63,872 nucleotides of DNA, filler included, from Octopus bimaculoides (GCF_001194135.2; 6 parts of 6 records of this genome joined end to end with filler, not necessarily neighbours in it), one strand, 5' to 3'. Shown: positions 39,948 through 52,544, counted from the whole stretch's first letter. The notes: generated by a model from the sequence alone, not told the origin. Translations and numbers: made by a program.

Positions 39948-40324
39948 NNNNNNNNNNNNNNNNNNNNNNNNNNNNNNNNNNNNNNNNNNNNNNNNNNNNN
40001 NNNNNNNNNNNNNNNNNNNNNNNNNNNNNNNNNNNNNNNNNNNNNNNNNNNNNNNNNNNNNNNNNNNNNNNNNNNNNNNNNNNNNNNNNNNNNNNNNNNN
40101 NNNNNNNNNNNNNNNNNNNNNNNNNNNNNNNNNNNNNNNNNNNNNNNNNNNNNNNNNNNNNNNNNNNNNNNNNNNNNNNNNNNNNNNNNNNNNNNNNNNN
40201 NNNNNNNNNNNNTTTATTTGGCACAAAAATAGAAGGAAAATGACCAAACCGAAATATAACAATGTGACCGCGTGTGTATCGTTGGCGATTTTCTTTCGCC
40301 GTCTTCCCTTCTTTGGACTTTTTC

Positions 40325-40400
40325 TATATTTCTGATGAAGAGCTCTGCTCGAAACGTGAAATCCCCTTTCTTTTCTTTCCTTTCCTGAGCGTCCAATAAC
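40325..40400 (+). ncRNA. Type I hammerhead ribozyme motif in a Penelope-like fragment (40213-40410)
   Basis: CTGATGA (40332-38), A, stem II GAGC-TCT-GCTC, GAAAC (40351-55). Stem III ACGT pairs with GCGT (40389-92) and the cleavage triplet is GTC (40391-93). Stem I TATT/AATA sits above a U.C mismatch. Confidence 0.65.
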
Positions 40401-40455
40401 ACTGTACTTATATATATATATATATAGTGATAGGTTGACAGATGAATAGGTTGAC

Positions 40456-40512
<57 letters not shown>

Positions 40513-41261
40513 TGCGTTGATGTGGAGGTGAATCGTAGGTGAGAAAGAAGGGACCCCCTTGAAAGAGGGGGTGGACAGATTGTTCTAGAGGACTGGAAAA
40601 GGGGCAAAGAACGTAAGACGCAAAAACAAAATAAATGACGAAGAGACACTGGAAAATGAATGGGGCTAATGGTGAATTCAGAGGGTGGAGGAATGGACAG
40701 ACGGGAGGTATTTTGGAGCTAAAAGATAATAAAACAAACCTTAGAAAATGAAATAAATAAATAAATAAATAAAAGACTAAATAAATAAAATTAAAGGTGG
40801 GAAGGAAGCAAAATGGAGAAAGGTCACATCCGAATGCCCGAGTCAGATCAACTCTGGAAAATTTGTTCCTTAAAATCTGTATGGAAAAGGTCATGCCAGC
40901 TGACATGTGAAATATACCAGTCCCATCACCAACAAACATTATCCACTACCCAACACCGTAACCATTATCGCAACCACCAGCATTAGCGGTAGCTCCACTA
41001 CAGGGTACCTCCTCCAAGTGGTCAGTCGAGCCCGCTAGAAATAGTAGCCACATATATTTTTGTTTCTCAAATCATAATACACTCGCCGACGTATAGAAAG
41101 GAATCGCTGGTTAATGTGGTCCATATTAGATTTCTTGGGAGAGCGGAGCTGTGAGGGTCGCGGTTGGAATGACTTCGAATATAAGTCTGTTCAATCAGAA
41201 CACGCTTTCATCTACGAAGGTGGGTTGATAAGTTCATAGGCTGATTAGGAAAGAGTCACTA

Positions 41262-41407
41262 CTTGACTGGTACTTAATTTATCGACCTCGAAAGGATGAA
41301 AGGCGAAGTCGACCTCGGCGGAATTTGAACTAAGAAGGTAGAGATGGAACGAAGTGCCGCTAAACATTTCGCCCGGCGTGCTAACGTTGCTGCCAGGTGG
41401 CCGCCCG
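41262..41407 (-). mobile_element. SINE-B with its head abutting a (TAA)n tract
   Basis: TTTATCGACCTCGAAAGGATGAAAGGCGAAGTCGACCTCGGCGGAATTTGAAC...CATTTCGCCCGGCGTGCTAACGTT. Confidence 0.85.
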
Positions 41408-41422
41408 AATAATAATAATAAC

Positions 41423-41486
<64 letters not shown>

Positions 41487-41977
41487 TATTGAAGGACAAA
41501 AATCAAGCCTCCTCATCGATTTGACTGTCCCAATTGACATAAATGTATCTGTCGAGACCTACCAAAAACTGAGCAAGTATAAAGATCTTGAAATAGAAAT
41601 TGGCAAAATGTGGAACCTCAAGACTAAAAACGATACCTGTTGTCATAGGTGCCCTAGGAATGATGGGAAAAGGGGCTGATTCCTAACTAGCTCAGATACC
41701 AGGAAATCTAAAAATGGCAGGAATTAAAAAAATAGTGTTCATGGGAACTGCCCATATCCTACGTAAAATACTGTCTATATAATCTCATATCTTAAAAACA
41801 AACTTATAATAATTTTCTTATGTTTTCTTAAACATTCTCTAGAACAATACTTTGTGCAAAGCCAAATATATGCACCGTAATCATAACACCAGCTTGAACT
41901 TCTAACTTGTTGTCTCTTGAGATATTTGAGTGAGACTTGGAGTCAACTTGTACAAATACAAAGCAAAAGTCAAACAT
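41487..41977 (+). mobile_element. 5'-truncated RLE-type (R4/Dong-like) LINE in a (TAA)n tract
   Basis: 41491-41782 reads EGQKSSLLIDLTVPIDINVSVETYQKLSKYKDLEIEIGKMWNLKTK, frameshift, TIPVVIGALGMMGKGADS*LAQIPGNLKMAGIKKIVFMGTAHILRKILSI*. This fits the RLE C-terminal half (ID, KxxKYxDL, PVVIGALG). (AAT)n lies upstream (41408-41486) and (GAT)n(AAT)n downstream (41978-42068). Confidence 0.9.
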
Positions 41978-42001
41978 ATGATGATGATGATGATGATGAT
42001 G

Positions 42002-42041
<40 letters not shown>

Positions 42042-42734
42042 TAATAATAATAATAATAATAATAATAANNNNNNNNNNNNNNNNNNNNNNNNNNNNNNNN
42101 NNNNNNNNNNNNNNNNNNNNNNNNNNNNNNNNNNNNNNNNNNNNNNNNNNNNNNNNNNNNNNNNNNNNNNNNNNNNNNNNNNNNNNNNNNNNNNNNNNNN
42201 NNNNNNNNNNNNNNNNNNNNNNNNNNNNNNNNNNNNNNNNNNNNNNNNNNNNNNNNNNNNNNNNNNNNNNNNNNNNNNNNNNNNNNNNNNNNNNNNNNNN
42301 NNNNNNNNNNNNNNNNNNNNNNNNNNNNNNNNNNNNNNNNNNNNNNNNNNNNNNNNNNNNNNNNNNNNNNNNNNNNNNNNNNNNNNNNNNNNNNNNNNNN
42401 NNNNNNNNNNNNNNNNNNNNNNNNNNNNNNNNNNNNNNNNNNNNNNNNNNNNNNNNNNNNNNNNNNNNNNNNNNNNNNNNNNNNNNNNNNNNNNNNNNNN
42501 NNNNNNNNNNNNNNNNNNNNNNNNNNNNNNNNNNNNNNNNNNNNNNNNNNNNNNNNNNNNNNNNNNNNNNNNNNNNNNNNNNNNNNNNNNNNNNNNNNNN
42601 NNNNNNNNNNNNNNNNNNNNNNNNNNNNNNNNNNNNNNNNNNNNNNNNNNNNNNNNNNNNNNNNNNNNNNNNNNNNNNNNNNNNNNNNNNNNNNNNNNNA
42701 TATAATACAAAGAATATATATACATGTATACACA

Positions 42735-42900
42735 CATATATGTACATACTTACATCTACATGTGTATATACATGCATATCAGGGTACAGGACGTTAGAAC
42801 AATAAACTACAGACAACGGAACGAACACATAGGAAAACGGAAAGCCCCTTGGAATATCCCTTCATCAGCTGTCTCTATTCTATCTAGACGTTTCGAAGAC
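42735..42900 (-). mobile_element. Repeat fragment, inverted relative of 39796-39947
   Basis: CATACTTACATCTACATGTG...GGGTACAGGACGTT...CCTTCATCAGCTG is the reverse complement of the 39796-39947 sequence. Confidence 0.6.
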
Positions 42901-43489
42901 CAATATATGTATGTATACCTACTTATACACACGCGCGGGCGCACACATACACTCACACACACTCACACACACAGAAACACATACGCACACACGCACACAT
43001 GAAAGCTAACGAGTAACCTTCCATCTTGAGCCTGAAGATCAATGCAGTGTTTGATATACAAAAAGATGCGATGGTCACGACTGGAACATCGCTTTATCGT
43101 AGATCTATAGGCCTGGTTAATCAGTTTTCGACTAAGGTTAAACAACAACAAAAACAAATTGGAGAGAGATCACCGGTTCGAAGACAAGCAGAAACGGCTC
43201 CAATGTGTTATCTTCCGGTTACATCCACATACATTCATACACAATCAGACAGATACGCACCCATACACAAACGCAGACACATACGCATGCGCACACGCAC
43301 GCCTTTGTTCCGTGATTTAATCTTATCTGTGTCGAGTCATCCTTTCATCCTTAAGGAGGGGGTTCTATAATTTAAGAACCAGTAATATACTAAGGTCGAA
43401 GGCCATCAATTCCAGCCCTACCCTGCGAAATTTGTTCTTTTGTCTCACAATAAAAAGAAACCATAATTGTTGTAAAATCGTTAGAAGAA

Positions 43490-43710
43490 AAGAAATAGCG
43501 GCCATTTTGTTTCTTCTCTTTTCGTTTTTGTTTTGCGATCTTCTTGCTTTATTTAGGTTTATTTCTATATTTGTATTTGTATTTATATTTAGCCTCTTTT
43601 TCACATCTTTTCTTGATCTTTTTACATTTACTAAACGACCCATCTTGAAAGATAAAGATAAAGTTAAAGATAAAGAGACGGAGAAAGAAACATGGCGGAT
43701 TGACTGACTG
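43490..43710. promoter_or_regulatory. Promoter-like patch with two divergent YY1-type motifs
   Basis: GCGGCCATTTTG (43498-43509; minus strand CAAAATGGCCGC) and AAACATGGCGGA (43688-43699), followed by CpG- and purine-rich unique sequence. Confidence 0.3.
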
Positions 43711-44660
43711 ACTATCTGCCTGCTGACTGTTCAATTAAATGGAAGTAGGAGCCGAGACGTGTGAAGTGTGTATGTATGTAGAGGAGCGCGTGTGAACAGC
43801 GAGAACAAACGAAGGAGAGGAAGGAGGGAGAGGGAGAGATAGGGAGCGGGGTAGACAAAGGAGAAAGGAGGTAAGAGAAGGGAGTTTACAAACTTGACAA
43901 GACCTTAAAATGTTGTTGAACGACCTCTAACAATACAAGGGGATCTCCGTAGGGAGAAATAAATCTTCGAGAGATGGCTTATTGCTTGCTTACACAGTTG
44001 AAGTACATGAGCCTTAATGGTGATGGCGGTGGGTGAAGATGCTTATGTTATGTCGACTGCGTCACAGGGTGTAAGGCGATGGGTTTGGTGGCGTGTGGTT
44101 AAAANNNNNNNNNNNNNNNNNNNNNNNNNNNNNNNNNNNNNNNNNNNNNNNNNNNNNNNNNNNNNNNNNNNNNNNNNNNNNNNNNNNNNNNNNNNNNNNN
44201 NNNNNNNNNNNNNNNNNNNNNNNNNNNNNNNNNNNNNNNNNNNNNNNNNNNGGGGGGGACTGTGACGGCAGTTTCGCTTGTTGTGAAGTGACCTTTAACA
44301 CTGCGAGGGACTAGCGAGAAAAGAAGCGTGTGTAGGGGGAGGGAAGAAGCGGTGGGTGGGATGGAATAGAAAGAGGGAAGCGGAGATAGATGGAGCGATA
44401 GACACGAGGATGAGCAGATAAATAGATAAAGATGGCAGAGACGGTCAGACAAATAACTATGGAGTTAGGAAGATAGAACTGCGAGAAATAACAGCTACAA
44501 CCTCCTCAAATCATACTCTAACGTCTTTGAAGCAAGCAGGAAACATTGAGTAATGTGACCCTAGATACACTAAGTCTAAGAAGTCGACATAATGCTCATG
44601 CCTGGAACGTCTGGTCGATCAAGATAATTTAAAACAACGAAACAAATCTAGAATTTATCT

Positions 44661-45042
44661 ATCTGTGGCTTGGGGTCCCCTTGGAAACAAGGGTACCTCC
44701 TAAATGACATAAAGTCACATAAACTAGAAATCATAGCCATAAGCGAGACCAGACTCCATGATACGCGGGCCCTATCGTCCATGTTTGGCAGACAGTTTAA
44801 CATTTATTTTTCTCCCTGTCTGCCGAGAATGGGCGGTAGTGGCACGGCGGTACTCTTTCGCAAGAGTCTGGATCTCGAAGTAAAGACAGTATTCATAGAC
44901 CCGGAGGGTAGATTGGTTGTTCTGGATGTCGATGGCAGCGATGGGTGTGCTTTTCGACTCATATCAGTATACGCACCACCTTTAACAGGTAGGCCGGATT
45001 TCTTTCGACGTCTAGAAGTATTCCTAGGAACGTCTCGTCCTT
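44661..45042 (+). mobile_element. L1/Tx1-clade LINE ORF2 N-terminus (APE endonuclease), running into a gap
   Basis: Uninterrupted frame ICGLGSPWKQGYLLNDIKSHKLEIIAISETRL...GSGTAVLFRK...IDPEGRLVVLDV...FRLISVYAPP...FFRRLE, with APE motifs (N)xRGL, SET, GxAxLF, GRL and VYAP. Confidence 0.9.
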
Positions 45043-45142
45043 NNNNNNNNNNNNNNNNNNNNNNNNNNNNNNNNNNNNNNNNNNNNTTAATTAATTAANN
45101 NNNNNNNNNNNNNNNNNNNNNNNNNNNNNNNNNNNNNNNNNN

Positions 45143-45180
<38 letters not shown>

Positions 45181-45183
<3 letters not shown>

Positions 45184-45545
45184 CGCAGGAGCGGCTTTGT
45201 GGTACAAACCTTGCTTCCCAACTACATTTTTAGGGACTCACTCCCACTTTGTGACACCTTGGGCAAGTGCCTTCTACTATAGCCTCGGACCGACCAAAGC
45301 CTTGTGAGTGGATTTGGTAGACGAAAACTGTATGTATGTATTTCTATGTCTGTTTGCCGCCCTATCATCGTTTGACAACAGATGTTGATGTGTTTACGTC
45401 CCCGTAAGGTAGCGGTTCGTCAAAAGAACCGATAGAATAAGTACTAGGCTTACAAAGAATAAGTCCTGGAGTCGATTTGTTCGACCAAAGGTGATGCTCC
45501 TGCATGGCCGCTGTCAAATGACTGAAAAAATTAAAGAATAAAAGA
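45181..45545 (+). mobile_element. SINE-A, near full length
   Basis: Head AGGCGCAGGAGCGGCTTTGTGGTACAAACCTTGCTTCCCAAC through tail CATGGCCGCTGTCAAATGACTGAAA. Confidence 0.9.
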
Positions 45546-45685
45546 ATCTCTATCACTATGTATATATATATATCAGTATATATGTATATATGTGTACATA
45601 TATATATATATGCGTCATACTAATATATACTTTTGTTATTTACACCACCTGTCCTCGTCTGTTGTTATTTTTTGTATATTCTCCC

Positions 45686-45746
<61 letters not shown>

Positions 45747-45944
45747 TAGAGAGAGAGGGAGAGGAAGAGAGAGAGAGGGAGAGAGAGAGAAAACAGGGAG
45801 ATCTAATGGATACATTAGATCAATGAACACATTTTATATAATGTATTCATTGAAGGAATATCCCTTCACAATATAATATATTAAACCAATGTATCTTGGA
45901 TAAAAACTATCCCTATAAGAGATTTAAATAACCTCATTGCGACG

Positions 45945-45992
<48 letters not shown>

Positions 45993-46437
45993 ACCGTATT
46001 TTAACGTGTACAAGGAACTCTTTTTCTTTTTTTTTGGGGGGGGGGCGCTTAAAATTCTGAAAAAAGGTTTTGTAAGAGATTACAATTCTTTCCATGTATA
46101 AGAAACTCCTATATTTTTTAACTGAATTTTTGACAAAAATGAATTCTTTATACACGTTAAAATACGGTATGCATACATACATACGTGCATACATACATAC
46201 ATACAAATATGTATATATGTATAGTGCTGTCAGGTAAATTCTTTCGTTTATTTCTAATGTTATTTGTTATAACACGAAAATAACATTTCATGCTACTGTT
46301 TTTTTTTTCTGTGTGTGTGTGTGTGTGTTTGTGTGTAGTGGCGGTAGTAGTCGGTGGGGATTGTAGCTCTATTCTTTACCTACAACTTTTGTTCATCATT
46401 TATGAAATTTGAGTAAACCTTAACTCTCTTCAGGCTT

Positions 46438-46935
46438 ATGATGAGTGTTAGGTGGGAAAAAAAGTGAGCATTTTCGACAGAAGCTTCTCTTCGCTTTCAG
46501 TGAAGGTTCCGAAGCTGCCAAATCCATTCGAAATATCTGTGCTGTCTACAGGAAAAGCGCTATAACTGAAAGAACTTTATAGAAATAGTTTTCGGGCATC
46601 AAGGAGGAGAAACTCAATCTCAGAGACTCTCTGCGTTCCGGCCGATTTGCTCATTTCAATGAATATCGATTGAATGAGTTTATCTACGAGAATATTTGTC
46701 AATCCACTAGATAATAACCCAGCAGATTGAGTGCTTTCATGATATCATCGCCGGTCACATTCATTCAATGGGCAATCCGGTTGAAATGACCTGACCGACG
46801 GCACAGTGTATTTCTGCAACACAACGCTCACCCACACGACGTTTATTTGCTATTCAAGAGCCCAGTTGAGATATTCTACTGCGCTCAACGTATTCGCCTG
46901 ATATAACGCTTTCAAGCTATTACCATTTACGACCG
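46438..46935 (+). pseudogene. Internally deleted mariner transposase pseudogene
   Basis: EHFRQKLLFAFSEGSEAAKSIRNICAVYRKSAITERT...NLRDSLRSGRF (HTH), then VFLQHNAHPH...AIQE...DILL...YSPDI (the HDNARPH and YSPDL motifs of the mariner catalytic domain). Several stops are present. Confidence 0.85.
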
Positions 46936-47335
46936 CTCGCTAGCAGCGAGGCAAAATATTGGCAAGAAGTTATGATCAATAAAAGAGAATATACTACTGA
47001 CTGAATTGTTAAAACTGTTGATGAAAAATAAGAATTAAGGTAAATGGAAAGAAAAATAAGAAGAATCAGACAACCCAAGATAGACATTCCCTTCACTCAT
47101 CTCCCTCATTTTTAGTATATTTGTTCAGTTTTCTCGCCTAACCGTAGCACCTGAGTGTATGCATGGGGTGGCGTGCAGTGTATGTGCATATTGAGTTGAT
47201 GATAGACCTTTCGATTCCCAGATCGGAAGGCGTGATGAGTTCTTCAGCAAAATACCTTATTTCGCATTATTCTCGCCCAATCAGCTGAAAATCGTAACAC
47301 CTTAATGCTGGTACAGCACTCTCTCTTTCACTCTC

Positions 47336-47409
<74 letters not shown>

Positions 47410-47644
47410 CAGATGTCTGAAACCTTCAAAATATATAAAATGTTCTTATACGATTCAAAGGATGGTGGACACTTACGCCAGAGATGGTGACAAATTTTTT
47501 TTTTCTTTACAACCTTGCCACCGAGAAGTTCAAAAATACACTTAGAACGAAGAGAAAAGGTGAACATCCATCTGTTTATCCATCCGTCCATCCTTCCATC
47601 CATCCATCCATCCATCCATAAATACATACATGCATACATATAAG

Positions 47645-47985
47645 GGTAAAGATCTCCTTCGGTAATGCATGACCATGGGATTGCACCTAGAAAGTTACCC
47701 TCCCAGGCACAAGTCCTGGCAAGGTTGTTTATGGAAGACCAGCAGTCGTCCATGCATACCAGCCGCCGCTCTCAACGCCACTGATGCTACCCAAGGGAAA
47801 GGCAAAGGCCGATACTGCTTGGCACCAGTGACATCGCAACGCATTTCTACAGCTGAATGAACAGGAGCAACGTGAAATAAAGTCTCTTGCTCAAGAACAC
47901 AACCCATAGACCGTTCTAGGAATCGAACTTACTACCTCATGATTGTGAGCCTGACGCTCTAACAACTGAGTCATGCGCCTTCACC
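47645..47985 (-). mobile_element. tRNA-derived SINE family D
   Basis: Minus head GAAGGCGCATGACTCAGTTGTTAGAGCGTCAGGCTCACAATCATGAGGTAGTAAGTTCGATTCCT, a central domain shared with 21450 and 58562, and a distinct 3' tail ...TAGGTGCAATCCCATGGTCATGCATTACCGAAGGAGATCTTTACC. Confidence 0.8.
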
Positions 47986-49880
47986 GTGTGCATACATACA
48001 TACATACATACATACATACATACATACATACATACATGCGTAAGCATTATACATACGTGTTCAAAGTTTGAAATTATTTGTTTAAAAGCTTCATTGAGAC
48101 AGGTTGTGTGCTAGGAAGAATAAATACTCCTGTAAATATTTTAGACAGGTAAGATATATTATTCCCTCATCTCATTTACACGAACACCTTATATGAGAAT
48201 TTAAAAGGATAATCCAAACATTTATAAACCAATATAAACTGTACTGTAGTATGTTAACATTCTAAACTAACGACATAAGAGAAGCAGAAGATAGCGAATT
48301 AATTCAATTATCTAACGCTTGATTTTGTCATGGATAAGAGCTTGAAAATTGAATAAAGTTAGAAGGAAATGACGGATTTGTGAGAACATTGTACTTTTAA
48401 AATGGAGTTATTCTTGAGAAACTGTTGATTCATTTCAATACGTAGAACTCGTGTGTGTGTATATGTGTGTGTATTTGTAAATGTGTGCATGTGTGTTTGT
48501 GCATGTCTGTGTGTGCATCTGTGTTTATAAATACACACACACACATATATGTGTGTGTGCACGTATGTATATATTATACCGTGTATCAGTAAATAGGCAG
48601 CGTCTACCTATATATTAATAAAGGTTGTGATATGTATGTATATGTGCATGCGTGTGTGTGTGTGTTGTGTATACGTGTATGTGAGTGTGTGTGTGTGACT
48701 TGGTAAAAATGAAACAAAATGTGTAGTCGTTTAGAAATATTCAATACGTAGAATTATCTTTAAGTTACAAAACTCCATTATCAATTCTATCCCTCGTGCT
48801 CCTTACAAACATGATACAGGTTCTAAAGTAACATTAAATTATATAGAAATATTATATGTGTGTGTGTGTGTGTGTACACACACACACACACACACACACA
48901 TATTTATATAAGTCTGGTGTTATTATCTTCAAGCAGTGCAATTCATAAATCATAATAAATGTTTGAAAAAAAGAACTTTGAGCAACGCAGGTGAGGCGTC
49001 AGGAAAAATACACAAGGTGATGTCAATAAACGAAACAAAGAGAAAAAAATATTGTATTATCCTGCATAGGTAGTTTAAATAATCAATAATAATAAAAAGT
49101 ATTATCATTAATTTAAAACCCTGTTGTATCTTCACCCCTTCTCCCACTATTATTTTTTAATTTTTTTTATTATTCATCCATCCTATATCCCCTGTACAAA
49201 GGATTAATCCACCAAATATTATATTAAGTCAAGTCATTTACTTAATGTCCTAAAGCGATACACAAACAAAATGGTGTGATTACAACCATATTCAACTTTT
49301 CCTCTTTTTTCTCTAGGCTCTTCTTTTCTTAATTATTTTTCACTCTGATGGAGCTCCATGTTTTATTACCAAATATGATAAATATTTTTAGTATATCAAT
49401 GGCAATACCATACAACATTGGAAACAGAAACAGCTGTTAGATGGGATGCAGTCCATTTGTATTCAAATTAATAAATAATAATTGATGTAAGTCAATTGTT
49501 GTTCACAATATTGTTGTTCCATTTTCAGTATATATATATATATATNNNNNNNNNNNNNNNNNNNNNNNNNNNNNNNNNNNNNNNNNNNNNNNNNNNNNNN
49601 NNNNNNNNNNNNNNNNNNNNNNNNNNNNNNNNNNNNNNNNNNNNNNNNNNNNNNNNNNNNNNNNNNNNNNNNNNNNNNNNNNNNNNNNNNNNNNNNNNNN
49701 NNNNNNNNNNNNNNNNNNNNNNNNNNNNNNNNNNNNNNNNNNNNNNNNNNNNNNNNNNNNNNNNNNNNNNNNNNNNNNNNNNNNNNNNNNNNNNNNNNNN
49801 NNNNNNNNNNNNNNNNNNNNNNNNNNNNNNNNNNNNNNNNNNNNNNNNNNNNNNNNNNTATATATATATATATATATATA

Positions 49881-50063
49881 TATGGGTACAAGACCAACGG
49901 TGCAAGTAACATAACATGCGTAAACAAGCGAGATGAGGAGTAGATAGACAGCCGACAATTGATGAAGGGTCCTTTCTCTGTGTTTACTTGTCCTGTTTTC
50001 CATTTTTCTTGTTGTTTACGTATTTCATCTTATTTGCACCGGTGATGATGTCTTGTACCCATA
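49881..50063. mobile_element. Palindromic MITE-like element between (TA)n/(CA)n tracts
   Basis: Nested inverted segments TATGGGTACAAGAC/GTCTTGTACCCATA, GGTGCAAGTAA/TTATTTGCACC and ATGCGTAAACAA/TTGTTTACGTAT. The ends resemble the GGGTACAGGAC motif at 42782. Confidence 0.65.
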
Positions 50064-50097
50064 TATACATACATACACACACACACACACACGCACG

Positions 50098-50189
<92 letters not shown>

Positions 50190-50980
50190 NNNNNNNNNNN
50201 NNNNNNNNNNNNNNNNNNNNNNNNNNNNNNNNNNNNNNNNNNNNNNNNNNNNNNNNNNNNNNNNNNNNNNNNNNNNNNNNNNNNNNNNNNNNNNNNNNNN
50301 NNNNNNNNNNNNNNNNNNNNNNNNNNNNNNNNNNNNNNNNNNNNNNNNNNNNNNNNNNNNNNNNNNNNNNNNNNNNNNNNNNNNNNNNNNNNNNNNNNNN
50401 NNNNNNNNNNNNNNNNNNNNNNNNNNNNNNNNNNNNNNNNNNNNNNNNNNNNNNNNNNNNNNNNNNNNNNNNNNNNNNNNNNNNNNNNNNNNNNNNNNNN
50501 NNNNNNNNNNNNNNNNNNNNNNNNNNNNNNNNNNNNNNNNNNNNNNNNNNNNNNNNNNNNNNNNNNNNNNNNNNNNNNNNNNNNNNNNNNNNNNNNNNNN
50601 NNNNNNNNNNNNNNNNNNNNNNNNNNNNNNNNNNNNNNNNNNNNNNNNTATATATATATATATATATATATGGGTATTCATAGATAGATAAATAGATAGA
50701 TAGATTGATAGATAGATAGATAGAATTATATGCATTTAAGTATATATATTTATATATATACACGTTTTTGTTAACCGCACAAATGGAAAGGTACAGAGGG
50801 CGTCTTTAAACGTTACACACTGCTAATAGACAAGAAAGTAAAACACCACCATGGTAGCAGTAATACCACGTCCACTGCACTTCCTGGCTAAATGCAATAA
50901 CGTTTACACATATTCTGAGCACGAAATGTCTCATCTCCAAAATTTGGTGAAAATGTTTCATTGTTTACCAGAGTCATTAC

Positions 50981-51114
50981 CTTCACGAAGTTCCTATTTA
51001 AACTTGTGGTATTCATCAGCCAATTAGTTGTTTGCAGTGAGGTTCCAGTCATATAAGTGTATTGTACAGTCCATAGACGGTTATGTCTAATCTGAGAATT
51101 AATCTCACGCTGTA
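50981..51114 (-). CDS. Weak candidate exon (QREINSQIRHNRLWTVQYTYMTGTSLQTTNWLMNTTSLNRNFVK)
   Basis: Minus-strand acceptor GCTACCTTTACCAG, donor AAG|GTAATG, open frame. No homology recognised. Confidence 0.2.
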
Positions 51115-51463
51115 CTGGTAAAGGTAGCACGCTTTTCTAATAAACAAAATGCATATGTTTCGAATCTCATCACCAAGGATGTGTTTTCAAGATTACAAAA
51201 TAAAGAATATAAATATGCTTAATATTGCTTATATTGCATACATAATACACTAATATGTTGCGTGTGTATGTGTGTGTGTGAGAGAGAGAGATTGTGTGTG
51301 TGTGCGCGCGTGTGTGTGTGAAGGTACATCTAATTTATCTGCAAGTAATTTCCTTCTCTTCATAAATATACATTTTAGATACATCCATATGTATGTCTGT
51401 CTGTCTGTATGTATGTATGTATGTATGTATGTACGTATGTATGTATGTATGTATGCACGCATG

Positions 51464-51540
<77 letters not shown>

Positions 51541-51604
51541 ATATATACATATATATAAAGATATATATATATACATATATATATATAAAGATATATATAC
51601 ACAG

Positions 51605-51636
<32 letters not shown>

Positions 51637-52258
51637 GTATATAATATATATATATACATATACACACATATATATATATATACATAGTATGTATACATAG
51701 ATATAGGTATGTACATTTGTGTGTATATATGTTATTTATTGACAACTACTTTTTTTCTCTTTTCTTTAACGATATTGTCTCAAAACTCATATTTAACCAA
51801 CGTTTTCTCATTTCTGAGCAATTTTTTTTCCGTTATAATCTTCTATATTTTGAGAACCATAGATGACCCCTAGGTCTCAAAATCTCATATAAATTGTCAC
51901 AATCCCCAGCAATATATTATAGTATGAGGGTGACACGTGTTTTTACGTGATTTGAATTCGCTTCCACTAAGGACTACTTTCATACTTTAATCTATATGCA
52001 GTCTTTTGTCTGTGTTTACTTGCTTAATCACTACTTGGAACCTTTTCCCATATATATCCTATGGAGACGTAGCGGTGATCTTGTTTATCTGTTGATTAAA
52101 AAGAAAAAAATCCTTTTTATGAATATGTATCGGGTCCTCAAAGACACGAAATGATGACCACAGGCTTATAACTTACAATCCCAGTCCAAATCAGACATAT
52201 GTATGTATGTATGCATGTATGTATGCATGTATGTGTGTGTGCTTGNNNNNNNNNNAGC

Positions 52259-52320
<62 letters not shown>

Positions 52321-52544
52321 CTGTGTTGTATTCTTAATATAAAACTTTTCATTAAATGAGGATTCGACACTCAATACGCTCTGCATTATTACAGAAACTA
52401 CGCATATTTTTTACTACAGAGACTGTGAGTCCCGAAAGCAAAGTATGCATAATAAATTCAATATATATATAAAAAAAAAACAACATAATACATATTGCAG
52501 GGTTCGCATTGTAACAGCGACTACATATATATAATTATTTTCTA

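Noticed and set aside
40214-40939. 241-aa minus-strand ORF
   Set aside because: It is composed of low-complexity purine tracts, (GATA)n and a PLE fragment, which gives F/L/S/Y-biased antisense reading.
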